The translations under genes were made by a program, and so were the position numbers. DNA of 64,000 nt. Origin: Calditrichia bacterium. GTDB taxonomy: Bacteria > Calditrichota > Calditrichia > JAJRVZ01. Where the stretch lies: NCBI GenBank assembly GCA_963796965.1, contig CAWCNS010000004.1, positions 416,001-480,000 on the forward strand. Reading direction: 5' to 3'. The notes below the pieces were generated by a model. It ran no database searches. It had not been told where the DNA came from and saw only the letters and a program-made list of their open reading frames with translations. Below are positions 33,777 through 45,734 of this stretch, piece after piece (the stretch's first letter is position 1; every line of letters starts with the position of its first letter).

Positions 33777-35096
33777 GTGAAAAATTCAATTCAAATGTTT
33801 ATGAAGTACCTGATCATCATTTCGATAGTTTCGTTTACCTTGACTTTAAGCGCTCAGACAAGGTCGAATATTAATTCACCTCTGCTGTCAAAAGATTCTC
33901 CTGAGCATGTCGGCATGTCTGGCGAACGTCTGGCAAGAATTGATGCGATGTGTGAAGAAGCGGTTTCAAGCGGCGATATTCCCGGCGTAGTCGCTCTGGT
34001 AGCACGTAAGGGAAAAATCGTCTATCACAAAGCATTTGGATTGGCTGATAACCAGAGTGGCCGATCTTTAAAGACGGATGATATTTTCAGAATTGCTTCG
34101 CAATCTAAAGCGATAACGGCAACAGCAGTGATGATGCTGTGGGAGGAAGGAAAATTCAAACTGGATGATCCCATTTCAAAGTATATTCCTGAATTTAAGA
34201 ATCCACAGGTCCTGGAAAGTTTTCAATATAGTGATACCAGCTACAAAGCGGTGAAAGCCAGTGGAGAGATAACAATCAGGCACCTTCTTACTCATACATC
34301 GGGAATTGGTTATGGGATGATTGATGGCGATGAACGATTTAAAATGATTTATCAAAAAGCAGGAATAACAGATTTATTTACAACAGAAAATATAAGCATT
34401 GAAGAGAGTGTCAAAAAACTGGCCAAACTGCCCTTGCATCATAATCCCGGAGAAAAATTTACCTATAGTGAAGGACTTGATGTGCTTGGCTATTTTATAG
34501 AAGTAATGTCCGGCATGCCGTTCGATGTTTTTTTGAAAAAACGCCTTTTTGATCCGCTTGGTATGAATGATACCTGGTTTTATTTGCCTGAAGACAAAGC
34601 CAGTCGTTTAGTTTCAATACAATACAAATCAGAAAAAGGTGAATGGATTCGTTACCCGGTAACATTTTATGATCCTGATTATCCTGTCAAAGGCGCAAAA
34701 CGATTTTTTTCCGGCGGTGCAGGTCTGTCGAGCACGGCAAAAGACTATGCGACATTTTTACAAATGTATCTCAATAATGGTGAGTTAAATGGCATACGGA
34801 TTCTCAGCCGGACAACAATACAGTCTATGATGGCCAATCAGATTGGCGACTTATTGGGTGAAAATTCAGGTAGTTATTATGGTTTGGCATTTGGTGTTGT
34901 CAATCAGAAGGGTCAGGCGCTCGCCGGCAAAGGTAGTATTGGTACATTCGATTGGGGTGGGTATTTTAATACACAGTATTTTGCAGATCCTAAAGAGAAA
35001 ATCATTGGCGTATTGATGAAGCAGACACAAGACACCGTATCTGATGATACGGGTTGGATGTTCCGTTTACTGGTTGGACAAGCAGTAGATGATTGA
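33777..35096 (+). CDS. Serine hydrolase, beta-lactamase (class C-like / esterase family VIII) fold
   Basis: FRIASQSK (SxxK), HLLTHTSG, FTYS, PLGMNDT and WGG motifs. Signal peptide; likely start 33795 or 33801. Confidence 0.92.
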   Translation: MKNSIQMFMKYLIIISIVSFTLTLSAQTRSNINSPLLSKDSPEHVGMSGERLARIDAMCEEAVSSGDIPGVVALVARKGKIVYHKAFGLADNQSGRSLKTDDIFRIASQSKAITATAVMMLWEEGKFKLDDPISKYIPEFKNPQVLESFQYSDTSYKAVKASGEITIRHLLTHTSGIGYGMIDGDERFKMIYQKAGITDLFTTENISIEESVKKLAKLPLHHNPGEKFTYSEGLDVLGYFIEVMSGMPFDVFLKKRLFDPLGMNDTWFYLPEDKASRLVSIQYKSEKGEWIRYPVTFYDPDYPVKGAKRFFSGGAGLSSTAKDYATFLQMYLNNGELNGIRILSRTTIQSMMANQIGDLLGENSGSYYGLAFGVVNQKGQALAGKGSIGTFDWGGYFNTQYFADPKEKIIGVLMKQTQDTVSDDTGWMFRLLVGQAVDD

Positions 35097-35311
35097 TTTG
35101 AAGAGGGATAAAATGAGAAAATCAGTTTTTTTATTAACTGTCGTGCTCTTCTGCCGAAGGCATCTCTTCGGGAGTGGTAAATAAAAAGATCCATGGATTT
35201 TTGGATTTATTATTCTCTGCGTATCTTTGCGTTAGAAAATAATTGCGGTATTTATTAACATTATACTGAAATTAAATTTAGCATTACGAAGAATGGAATA
35301 AGGAGCATAAA

Positions 35312-36334
35312 ATGATTTTTCGCCAGATCTTTAGTAAAATAATATTCTTTTCAATATTTGCTTCGGTTTCATTCTGTTATGCAGGTGCAAATATCATCAA
35401 CAGCCCAGAAACGGAATGGTTTAAGAAGGCGGGATATGGTGTGTTTGTGCATTATTTATATGATATTCAGAATAATCCGGACGAATTACATAGTTTTGGT
35501 AAACAGACTTCCTGGGATGAATGTGTGAATGATTTTAATGTTAATATCTTTGCAAAGCAGATGTCGCAGGCAGGGGCGGGTTACGTGATTTTCACTATGC
35601 ATCAACGCACCCGGTTTTTAATTGCGCCCAATGCGACATTTGATAAGAAAACGGGTTATCGTCCCGGAGAGGCCTGCTCAACACGTGACCTTGTAAAAGA
35701 TCTCTACCAGGCATTAAATAAATATAATATTCCACTTTTGCTTTATTGGACAGGTGATGGTCCACGCCAGGATAAACAGGCCGCAACCGGGTTGAAATAT
35801 AATTTTAATACAGGTAATCATACACAAATCAATACAGAATTTATTATAAACTGGGCCGAAGTGGTAAGCGAATATGGCCAACGTTATAAGAACTAAGGTG
35901 GTTGGGTGGTGGGTTGACGGTTGCTATCAATCCATTGGGTACGATGAAAATAAATTGGCCATTTTGGCAAAGGGATTAAAAAGCGGTAATCCTGATCAGG
36001 ATTATTGCCCTAAATAATGGCGTCAGGACCAGATTAATTTTTATTCAAAATATGATGATTTTACATGCGGGGAGGCTTCAGAATTTAAAGAAATTCCAAA
36101 TGGTCCTCTGAAGAATGGCAAACAATGGCATATTCTTTCTTATTTCGGCACTTGGTGGTGTGCAGCCAGGCACTAGATTCAAAAAACCCTATATGATTGA
36201 TTACATTAAAAAAGTAAAATCCGGTGGGGGTGTTGTTTCCATCGATGTTATGCTTTATCGGGATGGTTCCATAGACCAAACCCAATTAGAGTCTGTTAAA
36301 AGCTATTAAAGCAGCAATAAGGATACAAAATTAA
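35312..36334 (+). pseudogene. Compact GH29-like alpha-L-fucosidase; several frameshifts, probably assembly error
   Basis: YGVFVHY, AGAGYVIFT and RDLVKDL motifs. VVGWWVDGCY follows in the next frame after 35890, then DDFTCGE and GGVVSIDV. Confidence 0.75.
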
Positions 36335-36511
36335 TACATACAAATCTAACCGAAACGACGACCGTCGCTGTCGTGTAGATTTTCAAGTATCTTGGTTACA
36401 ATATTTAGATTATCAATGTTGCACAATTTATTACGAATTGCATGAACTCTCCCCCCTTAAAGGGGCTGATACAAATTAGGATATTTACCTCAAACCGTAA
36501 GGGAGCAAATG

Positions 36512-36620
36512 CCTGTTTCCCCCTTGGAAAGGGGGGTTAGGGGGATGTAATTTCCTCTAAGTTATTTATTTACATCCCCGTAAGCCCCTTTCTAAGGGGG
36601 AATAGTATTTTGCTTAATCG
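36512..36620. repeat. Full family-A element (copy 2)
   Basis: Colinear with 15210-15321. Preceded by ctccccccttaaagggg at 36449. Confidence 0.9.
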
Positions 36621-36705
36621 AGAGTATAGAGGGAATATGCTTGTCGGTTTTCTAAAATTAGATCGGGAAAATAAACATTTTTAAATCAAAAAAGGGAAAT
36701 ATAAA

Positions 36706-39338
36706 ATGAGAATAACTAACAGTACCCGTTTTTCATTAGTTTTAGGCTGGATTGTTTTATTACTTCTTGGATTTGCTAATGTCCCAACATCGCGCAGGAA
36801 TTGGAAAAAAATCCATTATACATGGATCATACAAAATCATTTGAAGTGCGTGTTGACGATCTGCTTTCTAAGAATGACATTAGAAGAAAAGCTTTCCCAG
36901 ATGATGAGCCGCACACCGGCCGATTTAACCCGCTTCGGTATTCCCGGTTACGAATGGTCCGGCCAGTCGGTGCTATTGTTGTGAATCCAGATATGGGGGA
37001 ACCGTTACTGATATTTCCCCATGCCTATTGCCCAGGCCTCAACTTGGAATAAAGAACTGATTCATAAAGTCGGCACAGCCATCTCAGACCGAATCCAGAG
37101 CACGGTTAATTATGGTTATCCAAGTGCCGGGCTAACTTTTTGGGCGCCGGTGGTGGAAATGGCCCGTGATCCACGCTGGGGAAGAAATCATGAGTCCTAT
37201 GGTGAGGATCCTTATTTGACATCACAAATTTCCCTGGGTTATGTAGAAGGAATTCAGGGAGATCATCCGCGCTATTTAAAGCCATTGCCGCACCAAAACA
37301 TTTTGCTGCCAATAATGAAGAATGGAACCGCCATAATGGTACTTCTGATATTGATGAACAACTTTTACGCGAATATTATTTATACCCGTATCAGGTTTTG
37401 GTAGAAGTGGGTAAGGCAGAATCAATGATGGCTGCTTATAATCGTTTAAACGGGGTTCCTTGTGCGGGAAACAAATTACTTCTTACTGATATTTTGCGGG
37501 GTGAATGGGGCTTTGATGGTAGTGTTGTCACGGATTGTAATGGTATTAAGGATCTTTTTGATGGTCACAAATATGTTGATACCGTTCAGGAAGCGATTGC
37601 TCTGGCGGTAAATGCTGGTATCGATATGGAATGTGGTGACTATTTTAAAAAGTATTTATTAGAAGTTGTGCAGAGCGGTAAAATATCGGAAAAGACCATT
37701 GATGTTGCTGTACGCCGTCTCCTTTTATCAAGGTTTAGATTAGGTTTGTATGATCCGCCTGAGTTGGTTCCCTTTAACAAAATTCCAATAGAAGTTATGG
37801 ATGGCCCGGCCCATCGTGCCTTGGCCAGAGAAACAGCCCGGCAGGCAATCATCTTACTAAAAAATAAAGACAATCTTTTACCGCTTGACAAAAATGATAT
37901 TAAAACTGTCGCTGTTATTGGACCGACGGCAGATGTATGCGCAATGGGTGGATATACGGGAAAGAATTCTGTAGTGGTCTCTCCCCTGGATGGTATAAAA
38001 AATAAGATTGACAGCAGTAAAGTTTGTTATGTAAAGGGGACAAATGTTAAAATTACCTTGCCAGTGATACCAACTGAATATTTAATGCCGCCAAATGCGA
38101 AAGACGGACAACATGGGTTGTTGGGAGAATATTTTAGCAATACCGAACTTTCCGGAGATCCTGTGTTCAGCCGGATTGATCCAGTCATCGATTTTAATTA
38201 CAGTAGAAGTTCACCAGATCCACAAATTGAAACCTGTTGATTATTATTCTATACGCTGGACAGGAAAGTTAATCGCCCCTGTTTCGGGACCCTATTATAT
38301 CGGCGGGGCTTTTGATGATGCGATTCGTCTTTATTTTGATGGTAAAAAGATAATCGATAAAACCTTAAATCGTAATCAGAATTCTGATGTAGCTAAAGAT
38401 TCAATTGGTAAAAGGGCAGCGATATGATTTGCGAATTGAATTTACTGAACATTGGTATAAATCGAAGATGCATGTTATGGGGGGCAGCCCAGGATCCGCA
38501 AAAATTCCGTGAAGCCGAAGATAGCAGCCAAAAAAGCCGACGTGGCCATTGTTGTAATCGGTACAGACGAAACGGTAGAAAAAGAAGGGGTTGATCGTTC
38601 AACTCTGGCCCTGCCCGGCGATCAGATGAGATCTGATAAAAGCCGATTTTAAAGCGAATCCAAAAACAATTGTGGTGATGCAAAATGGGAGTCCCCTGGC
38701 AATTAATTGGATCGAATGATAATATTCCTGCAATCCTGGAAACCTTCTATAATGGTGAAGAGGGCGGTAATGCCTTGGCTGATGTCCTTTTTGGCGACTA
38801 TAATCCGGCCGGCCGATTACCTCAGACATTTTACAGATCCGATGAGCAATTACCCTCGATCAGTGATTATGATATTCGAAAGGACGCACGTATATGTATC
38901 CGGTGAAAAATTTTGCTAGATCCGCAATCTCAGAATTGAAAAACCCCTTTACCCATTTGGATATGGATTGAGTTATACCGAATTTAAATATGGCACCTTT
39001 AAAATCATCTGCATGAAACTATCAACAACCGGATGAGCATAATTGCAGTGACAAAATCAAAATACAGGTGAACGTGTGGGGGACGAAGTGGTGCAACTCT
39101 ATATTCGTGATGAAGAGGCGACAGTTCACTCAGACCCATAAAACAATTGAAGGGTTTTGAACGAATTACTTGGAGCCAGGTGAAACCAAAGAAGTGATAT
39201 TTGAATTCAGGGCAAAAGATTTAAGTATATGGGATGTTGCCAGAAAAAATATTTGTTGTTGAGCCGGGAATGTTTGAGATCATGATTGGCGGTTCATCGG
39301 ATGATATTAAATCCAAAGCACGATTTAGAGTGGAATAG
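36706..39338 (+). pseudogene. GH3 beta-xylosidase/glucosidase with PA14 insertion; heavily frameshifted
   Basis: [62 protein letters not shown] and PFGYGLSY are spread over at least 7 fragments. Stop at 39336-39338. Confidence 0.9.
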
Positions 39339-39437
39339 GAAAAGAGGAATTAGGGATTGGTAATTCGGAATTGGACCAGGAGAGAAGAGATATAATAATG
39401 GGCTAAGTGGGTATGGTTCTCTAAAAAGATAAAAGAC

Positions 39438-39649
39438 TTACCACAAAGGACACAAAGTAGACACAGAGTCCACAGAGAAAAGATTTTTTCTATTTATTTT
39501 GTCTTGGTTTGTATAGATATGTGAATAGACATCCCCCTTTCTCCCCTTCCTTATAAAGGGGAATGAGGGGGGGCGGTACGTTTAAAACCCTGAAATTTCT
39601 TTGCTTTTCTCTTTGTCCTTTGTGCCTTCTTGGTGTACTTTGTGGTTAA
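39438..39649. repeat. Nested spacer: family-B inverted arms enclosing a family-A variant (39529-39572)
   Basis: ttaccacaaaggacacaaagtagacacagagtccacagag pairs with ctttgtcctttgtgccttcttggtgtactttgtggttaa. Inner sequence is acatccccctttctccccttccttataaaggggaatgagggg. Confidence 0.85.
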
Positions 39650-39713
39650 AAAGCAGATAAACAATTAAGATAGATCATTATTAAATTTGACAGCATAATT
39701 TAACAGGAAAAAA

Positions 39714-41113
39714 ATGAAAAAACCTTTGTTAACACGACGCGATTTTGTCAAAATGAGCGGATTACTTGCTCTGGAAGCACCATTCATAAATCATTCCAGC
39801 GTTTCTGCAAAGAACTCCCCTGCCGTCACTGAAAAGATAAAAAAATCCACCAACGGCCCAAAGCCTCCTCCTGTCACGGCTATCGTTTTAGGCGCGGGAA
39901 ACCGGGGAAATACTTATGCTAAATATAGTTTAAAATTTCCGGATGAGTTAAAAATTGTCGGTGTTGCAGAGCCCATTGATTTCCGTAGGAGACGGTTTTC
40001 TGAGCAATATAATATTGCAGAAAAAAATCAGTGGGTTACCTGGGAGCATGTGTTACAGAATAAAAAGCTGGCTGATGTTTTGATTATCACGACACCGGAC
40101 CGTCTGCACCATGGCCCTGCAATGGGTGGGATGGACGTTAGGATATGATTTACTTCTGGAAAAAGCGATAGGGATAAATTGGGAAGAAGTGAATGATATC
40201 CTGCAATTGTCAAAAAGCGAAAGATAGTATTGTCGGAATTTGCCATGTGCTTCGTTATACCAATTATTATCGTCAACTGAAAAAAGTTGTGGATTCCGGT
40301 GTGTTGGGCCGGTTGCTTAGTATTGAACATACCGAAAAGATATCCATGGACCATTATACGCATTCATATATCCGCGGTAACTGGCGAACCAGCAAAGAAG
40401 CCGCCCCCATGCTGTTAGCAAAATCATGTCATGATCTGGATATTTTGCGTTGGATCATCGGAAAACCCTGTAAATATATTTCTTCGTTTGGTGCCCAAAC
40501 AATTTTTGTAAAAGAAAATGCCCCTAAGGGAAGTACTTTACGTTGTACAGATGGATGTACCATTGAATCACAATGCCATATGTCAGCACTTAAAAGATAT
40601 TATAAAAACAAGAAAAGCCTGAATCACCTGGCAATTGAGCATCATGATGATGCATCAGTCTTGCAGGCATTAAAAGAGGGGCCTTTCGGCAGGTGCGTCT
40701 GGCACTGTGATAATGATAGCGTTGACCACCAGGTGGTAGATATGGCGTTTGAGGATCAAATAACCGCTTCGTTTACATTGGGATTTTCTCCTTATTCAGG
40801 CAGAAGAACACGGATGAACGGGTCATTAGGGGCGATTGAGGGTAATTTTGATGAGGGCTTCACTGTTTGTGATATCCGTACAGGAGAAAAAACCCGTTAT
40901 GATAACGAGATGCCCGGGCAATTAGATTCAGGCCATGGAGGCGGTGATTTTGGTTTGGTTTATGATTTTGTCCGCGCTGTACAATCTCATGATCCGGCGA
41001 TATTAACGTCTTCGATCGATGAGTCAGCTGAAAGTCATCTAATGGGATACAAAGCGGAGGAAAGTCGACATACAAAAAAGACAATGGTTGTGAATATGGA
41101 TTTGTATAAATAA
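39714..41113 (+). CDS. Tat-exported Gfo/Idh/MocA oxidoreductase (frameshifted ~40135-40190)
   Basis: TRRDFVK signal. LGAGNRG, VGICHVLRY, HSYIRGNW, LLAKSCHDLD and HGGGD motifs. Confidence 0.9.
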
Positions 41114-41147
41114 GAGTTCGGGTTCATTTAAAATAGGAAATTAAATA

Positions 41148-42338
41148 ATGGCCAATAAACAGAATCATGCAATAAATCTAATTTTACGATTAGTGATTAT
41201 CCTATTGTTTGTAATGTGTTTTTCCACAATAGGTAATGCCGGAGAAATAAAGAAAGCGGATGAAGTAATAGAATATCCCTGGGCAATTGATGTTTTTGTC
41301 CGCGGAGGAAATGGTATATTTTTACACCGTATTCCGGCACTTGCCGTGACAATGAAGGGAACAATCCTCGCCTTATGTGATGCACGAATTGAAAAAGGTG
41401 ACGATCTTCCCAATAATATTGACCTCGCCCTGCGACGAAGTTTTGATCTGGGAGAAACATGGACCCCAATCCAGATTATAGCCGACTTTCCAGGTATGGA
41501 AGGAGCTGGTGATGCCAGTCTGCTTGTTGATCGGGATACAGGGCGGATTTGGGCTTTTTACGTCTACGGTCCTGAGGGCATTGGCTCTCGAACAAGTCAA
41601 CCCGGGATTGACGGGCCTACATTAAGTCTACATCTTATCCATAGTGATGATGACGGGGCTACCTGGTCTGAAGCAACCGACCTGAATCCGATGGTGAAAG
41701 ATCCTGCATGGAAAGCCGCATGGCCTTCTCCGGGTAGTGGGTTCCAGGCACGTTCGGGACGTCTTTACTTCCCAATAACGCAAGTCTCTGACGCGGCGTA
41801 TAGTCGCCTGGTCTACAGTGACGATCACGGGGTTTCATGGAAAATTACGGCCCCCATGGGACGAGACACGAACGAGTCCATGTGTGTAGAGCTGGATGAC
41901 GGAAGGCTGATGGCCAATATGCGCAGTACAATACTACAACAACGGGTGGTGGCTATATCGGATGATCAGGGCCATTCCTGGGAACCTATGGATGATGGTG
42001 AAAAATTAATCGGCCCCCAATGTCAGGCCAGTTTGATACGCTACTCTTCGTTATCAAATGGTGATGATAAAAACCGCCTGCTTTTCTCCAATCCAGCTAG
42101 TACCAAACGAGAAAATATGACGATACGGATGAGTTATGACGAAGGGAAAACCTGGCCTGTTTCGAAGACAATATACCACGGTCTGGCGGGCTACTCAAGC
42201 CTTGCTGTGCTGCCGGATGGCTCAGTTGGGATGTTGTACGAACACGGTTCCCAACATGATACAGATCAACTCAACTTTGTACGCTTTACGATAGAATGGC
42301 TAACAGATGGCAAGGATAAAGGCCTGAATAAAGATTGA
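41148..42338 (+). CDS. GH33 exo-alpha-sialidase
   Basis: HRIP motif. Five Asp-boxes (SFDLGETW, SDDDGATW, SDDHGVSW, SDDQGHSW, SYDEGKTW). NES and GYSS catalytic segments. Confidence 0.95.
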   Translation: MANKQNHAINLILRLVIILLFVMCFSTIGNAGEIKKADEVIEYPWAIDVFVRGGNGIFLHRIPALAVTMKGTILALCDARIEKGDDLPNNIDLALRRSFDLGETWTPIQIIADFPGMEGAGDASLLVDRDTGRIWAFYVYGPEGIGSRTSQPGIDGPTLSLHLIHSDDDGATWSEATDLNPMVKDPAWKAAWPSPGSGFQARSGRLYFPITQVSDAAYSRLVYSDDHGVSWKITAPMGRDTNESMCVELDDGRLMANMRSTILQQRVVAISDDQGHSWEPMDDGEKLIGPQCQASLIRYSSLSNGDDKNRLLFSNPASTKRENMTIRMSYDEGKTWPVSKTIYHGLAGYSSLAVLPDGSVGMLYEHGSQHDTDQLNFVRFTIEWLTDGKDKGLNKD

Positions 42339-42392
42339 TCCATTTGGATGCGAGACGGTCTTTGACCGTTCAGATTGAAAAAAACATAAAGG

Positions 42393-42494
42393 ATTTACCA
42401 CAAAGATCACGAAGAAGACACAAAGATCACAAAGTTTTTATTAAGAATATTTTCTTTGTGTACTTTGCGCTTTCTTGGTGCTCTTAGTGTTTAA
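42393..42494. repeat. Family-B inverted pair with empty 19-bp centre
   Basis: atttaccacaaagatcacgaagaagacacaaagatcacaaag pairs with ctttgtgtactttgcgctttcttggtgctcttagtgtttaa. Confidence 0.85.
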
Positions 42495-42662
42495 AAATCG
42501 GATATACAATTAATTAGATCATGAAATAATTGATAACGTCTATCTAAACATAATAATCGTAAATGTTTTTTAAGATTACCCACCATAGGAGGGTCCGAAA
42601 AATACTCTAAGGGCTCTGTGGTTATTTTTTCACACTTTCATCTTTTATTGTAGGAGATACTA

Positions 42663-45615
42663 ATGAAATTCAGAAAAAATGTCGCATTTTTTGCTATTTT
42701 TCTGTTTCTGCTATCCAATACAAACTCTTCTTTTGCGCAAAATCAAGACGAATTGTTACTGACCTTCCCTCTTCAATGGCAGTTTAGTTTGCCTGGTCAA
42801 CACATTATTTTGACCAGTGATCAACAGTTGCTGGATTTGCAGGATCCGGACAAAAAAATCAATATGAGTCTCGGGCTTGAAAAAAACTATAAGAGCCTGC
42901 GCGAAATCAGGGAAGCCGCCAGGCAAAAGGGATGCCGCACCGTAAAACTCGCCTTTGATAATTTTTTCCGTCAATATAGAAAAGATGGTGGGGATGAGCG
43001 CAAACTCTTACCGGATTCTGATGAATATATCCATAGAATTCAGAAAATAAGCAAGTTTTTGGATGAATATAATCTGGGACTCGAATTGAGTCTGTTGAGT
43101 CCTCTGGAGCTTGGACCGGCTTTCCAGAAGTATGGAGGCGAAAGCGGGCGTTGGGTTCAATATAAAACGGATTTGCGTGATCCCGAAACCGGGAAATTTA
43201 GTTTGATGTTTTGGGAACAACTCGCCTGGAGTAACAACAAGGGTAAAATTAATTTAAAACGAAGTGGAATTAGGGCCTTTGCCTATAAGGGTAAAACGAT
43301 TGCCATTGGTAGTTATGTGGTGGTAAATCCGAAAGATATAATTGAAATCACTTCCGGAGTCAAATTTGATGAATGGCCTGGAACAGAAAGTCCGGAAAAT
43401 GCGGGTTTCCGTTCCAGAAGAATTCGGGTGTACCATGAAGGTGAAACAGATTTAATGGGATATGACCGGGTTTTTGTTGTATTAAGTTACGAAACGCCGG
43501 AAATGGATTACTTTAGCCCTCTGGCGCAACCTTTTTTAAAAGAACTTCTTCAAAAATATTATGATGCCGGTATAAATCTGGATGGCTTGTATTCTGATGA
43601 AATGCACATTCAGCAGGACTGGAATTATTTCGGTCATCATGATAACGGCCAATTCAATTTGCGATATTTGACGGAGAATATGGCAAAAGAATATTCAAAT
43701 CTGTATAATGTCAGTTATCAAAACATGGACAAGTTAATGTTATACTTTGTCTTTGGTCCCCCAATTTATCAGAATAATACACGGGCCAGTCGTAACAGCC
43801 AGATTGTTATGGGGGAATCCCCGGCAGATATTCAACGAACATTCTTATTTCGTGATCGCTATTATAAAATGCTGAACAACCGGGTTGTAGATTTGTTTGT
43901 ATCCGCTAAACAATTTGCTGAGAAATTATATGGTAAAGATTTATTGACCCGGGCGCATGCCACCTGGGCGCAAAGTCCAACAATCGATCAGTGGGATGTG
44001 GGGTACTTGAATGCAAACAGGCATAAGTATGAGTATACGCCTAATTTTATATGGTCAAACACCGTTCATCAGGCGGCTTCTGCCTGCTATGATTATTTTA
44101 AATGGGGCGAATACCTTACCGGAAACGGAACAGATCATCCGGAAGGAGGATGGTCGGATCGTAATTATTATGGTTCAGCCCTGGCTTGTTCGTTTGGAAT
44201 TTTAAATAAATATCCAAATAGTTATAATGGGTTTTGGGGCATGCCGGCGCCTGTCAGGGAGCGCATCCATTCGATTGTAAGCGCCTATGGTGCCAATGCT
44301 ATGCCCACTATAAAATCAATCACTGAAAACGTACACCGCGATGTGGACGTACTCATGCTTTATCCTATGAACCTTGTAGCGTTTGAAGAGCGGTTTGGCA
44401 GTTGGATGGTACAATATGGCTATACCAATTATATCACTGCAGAGAAGCTTTTAGAAATGGGTCAGGTTCGGGAAGATGGCAAAATTCACATCGCAGGCCG
44501 GACTTTTACCACCTTAATTGCATTATTTGAGAATTTACCACAACCGGGGTTGTTGGAAATGATGGATAAGTTAGCCCTGAATGGTGGCAATGTGATCTGG
44601 TCCGGACCACCACCACTAATAGATGCCGCAGGAGAAGATTGCACAGCCAGGTGGCAGAAACTTTTTGGTGTGAATTACCAGCCATCGATTTTTCAAGGCG
44701 AAATAGCGGCCGGAAAAACCGTCACCTTTCATAACAGATTTTCATCAATTCCACCACAAACCATTCTTACGGATTTTATTGTAGATCGAATATATCCGGT
44801 TGAAGGCAATACGGGCAGCGAAATAATTGCAAAAGTGGAGGAGCAGGTAGTTGGTGCATCTCGTAAGCATGGCAAGGGCAGCACTTGCTACCTTGGATTC
44901 CGTCCACGTGATGATCAATCCGCATCCCTGGGAAGGGAGCAACGTACCTGGTTTGAAGTATTGAATTGGTTGGGCGCTTATGCACCAACTGGAAAATTTA
45001 CTGATGTTAATGATAATACCGAATATCTTTCCCGTACTACAGATTATTTATGTACCCGTTTTCCGAATGGTACAACTATTATTGCCCGTCATTATCGAAA
45101 CCATCAAGAAAGCTGGCCTGGTGGTTTTTCCCGGGATAAAGCACAAGATGAAGAAATCATTCGGCAAAATCCAATGCCACCCGATAATATTTCCCTTCAA
45201 AATTTCAAAGTAAATGGGCATGAGCTGGTTTATGACGGCCGGCTTATCCTGGCTTTTAATAGCGATCCGTCAGGTCATTTGATTGCTTTTGAAGGACATG
45301 ATTGTAATCAGATACGGATTGATGATGACACCTTTGTTTTTTCCAGAGAATCAACAAAAACATCTTGCCTGGGCGCCGGTTACTGCCAATCGCCAAATTC
45401 CAAACAAAGCATTTTTCCAAATTTACATCGATGGATCAGGTGAAATCACAATTCCACTCACAACATCTCGTAAAAATTTAATGCTCGTTACAGAAGGACC
45501 GATGCCCGGCTCGATGGGAGAAAAAGTAGATTTTATCTATGAAAACGAAAATCTGAAAATTCAGGCGAATGAACAGAGTACGCGACGCCGTTTATTTTTG
45601 GTGGGCTCAATTTAG
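42663..45615 (+). CDS. ~980-aa secreted hypothetical glycoside hydrolase-like protein (frameshift ~45345)
   Basis: Signal peptide. GLYSDEMH segment. A later region resembles a GH42/GH106-type trimerisation (GATase-like) domain. ORF 45283-45615 continues it. Confidence 0.55.
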
Positions 45616-45633
45616 TACATGACAATAAAAATT

Positions 45634-45660
45634 TCTCGCAGAGCCGCAAAGCCGCAGAGA
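45634..45660. repeat. Single family-B arm
   Basis: tctcgcagagccgcaaagccgcagag, with a 9-bp period. Confidence 0.7.
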
Positions 45661-45734
45661 AAAAATTATTTATAAAATTTTAAGAAAAGAGATTTAATCC
45701 TCCAGGATTTAAAATACAGAAAATAGGAACATCT

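Noticed and set aside
33777..35096. Antibiotic-resistance beta-lactamase
   Set aside because: It has the SxxK fold but WGG in place of the KTG motif, which is typical of family VIII esterases and peptidases.
462..45660. Integron cassette array (attC sites)
   Set aside because: The unidirectional genes with palindromic spacers are suggestive. However, I found no consistent RYYYAAC/GTTRRRY boundaries, the repeats belong to several unrelated families, the genes are large and no integrase is in view.
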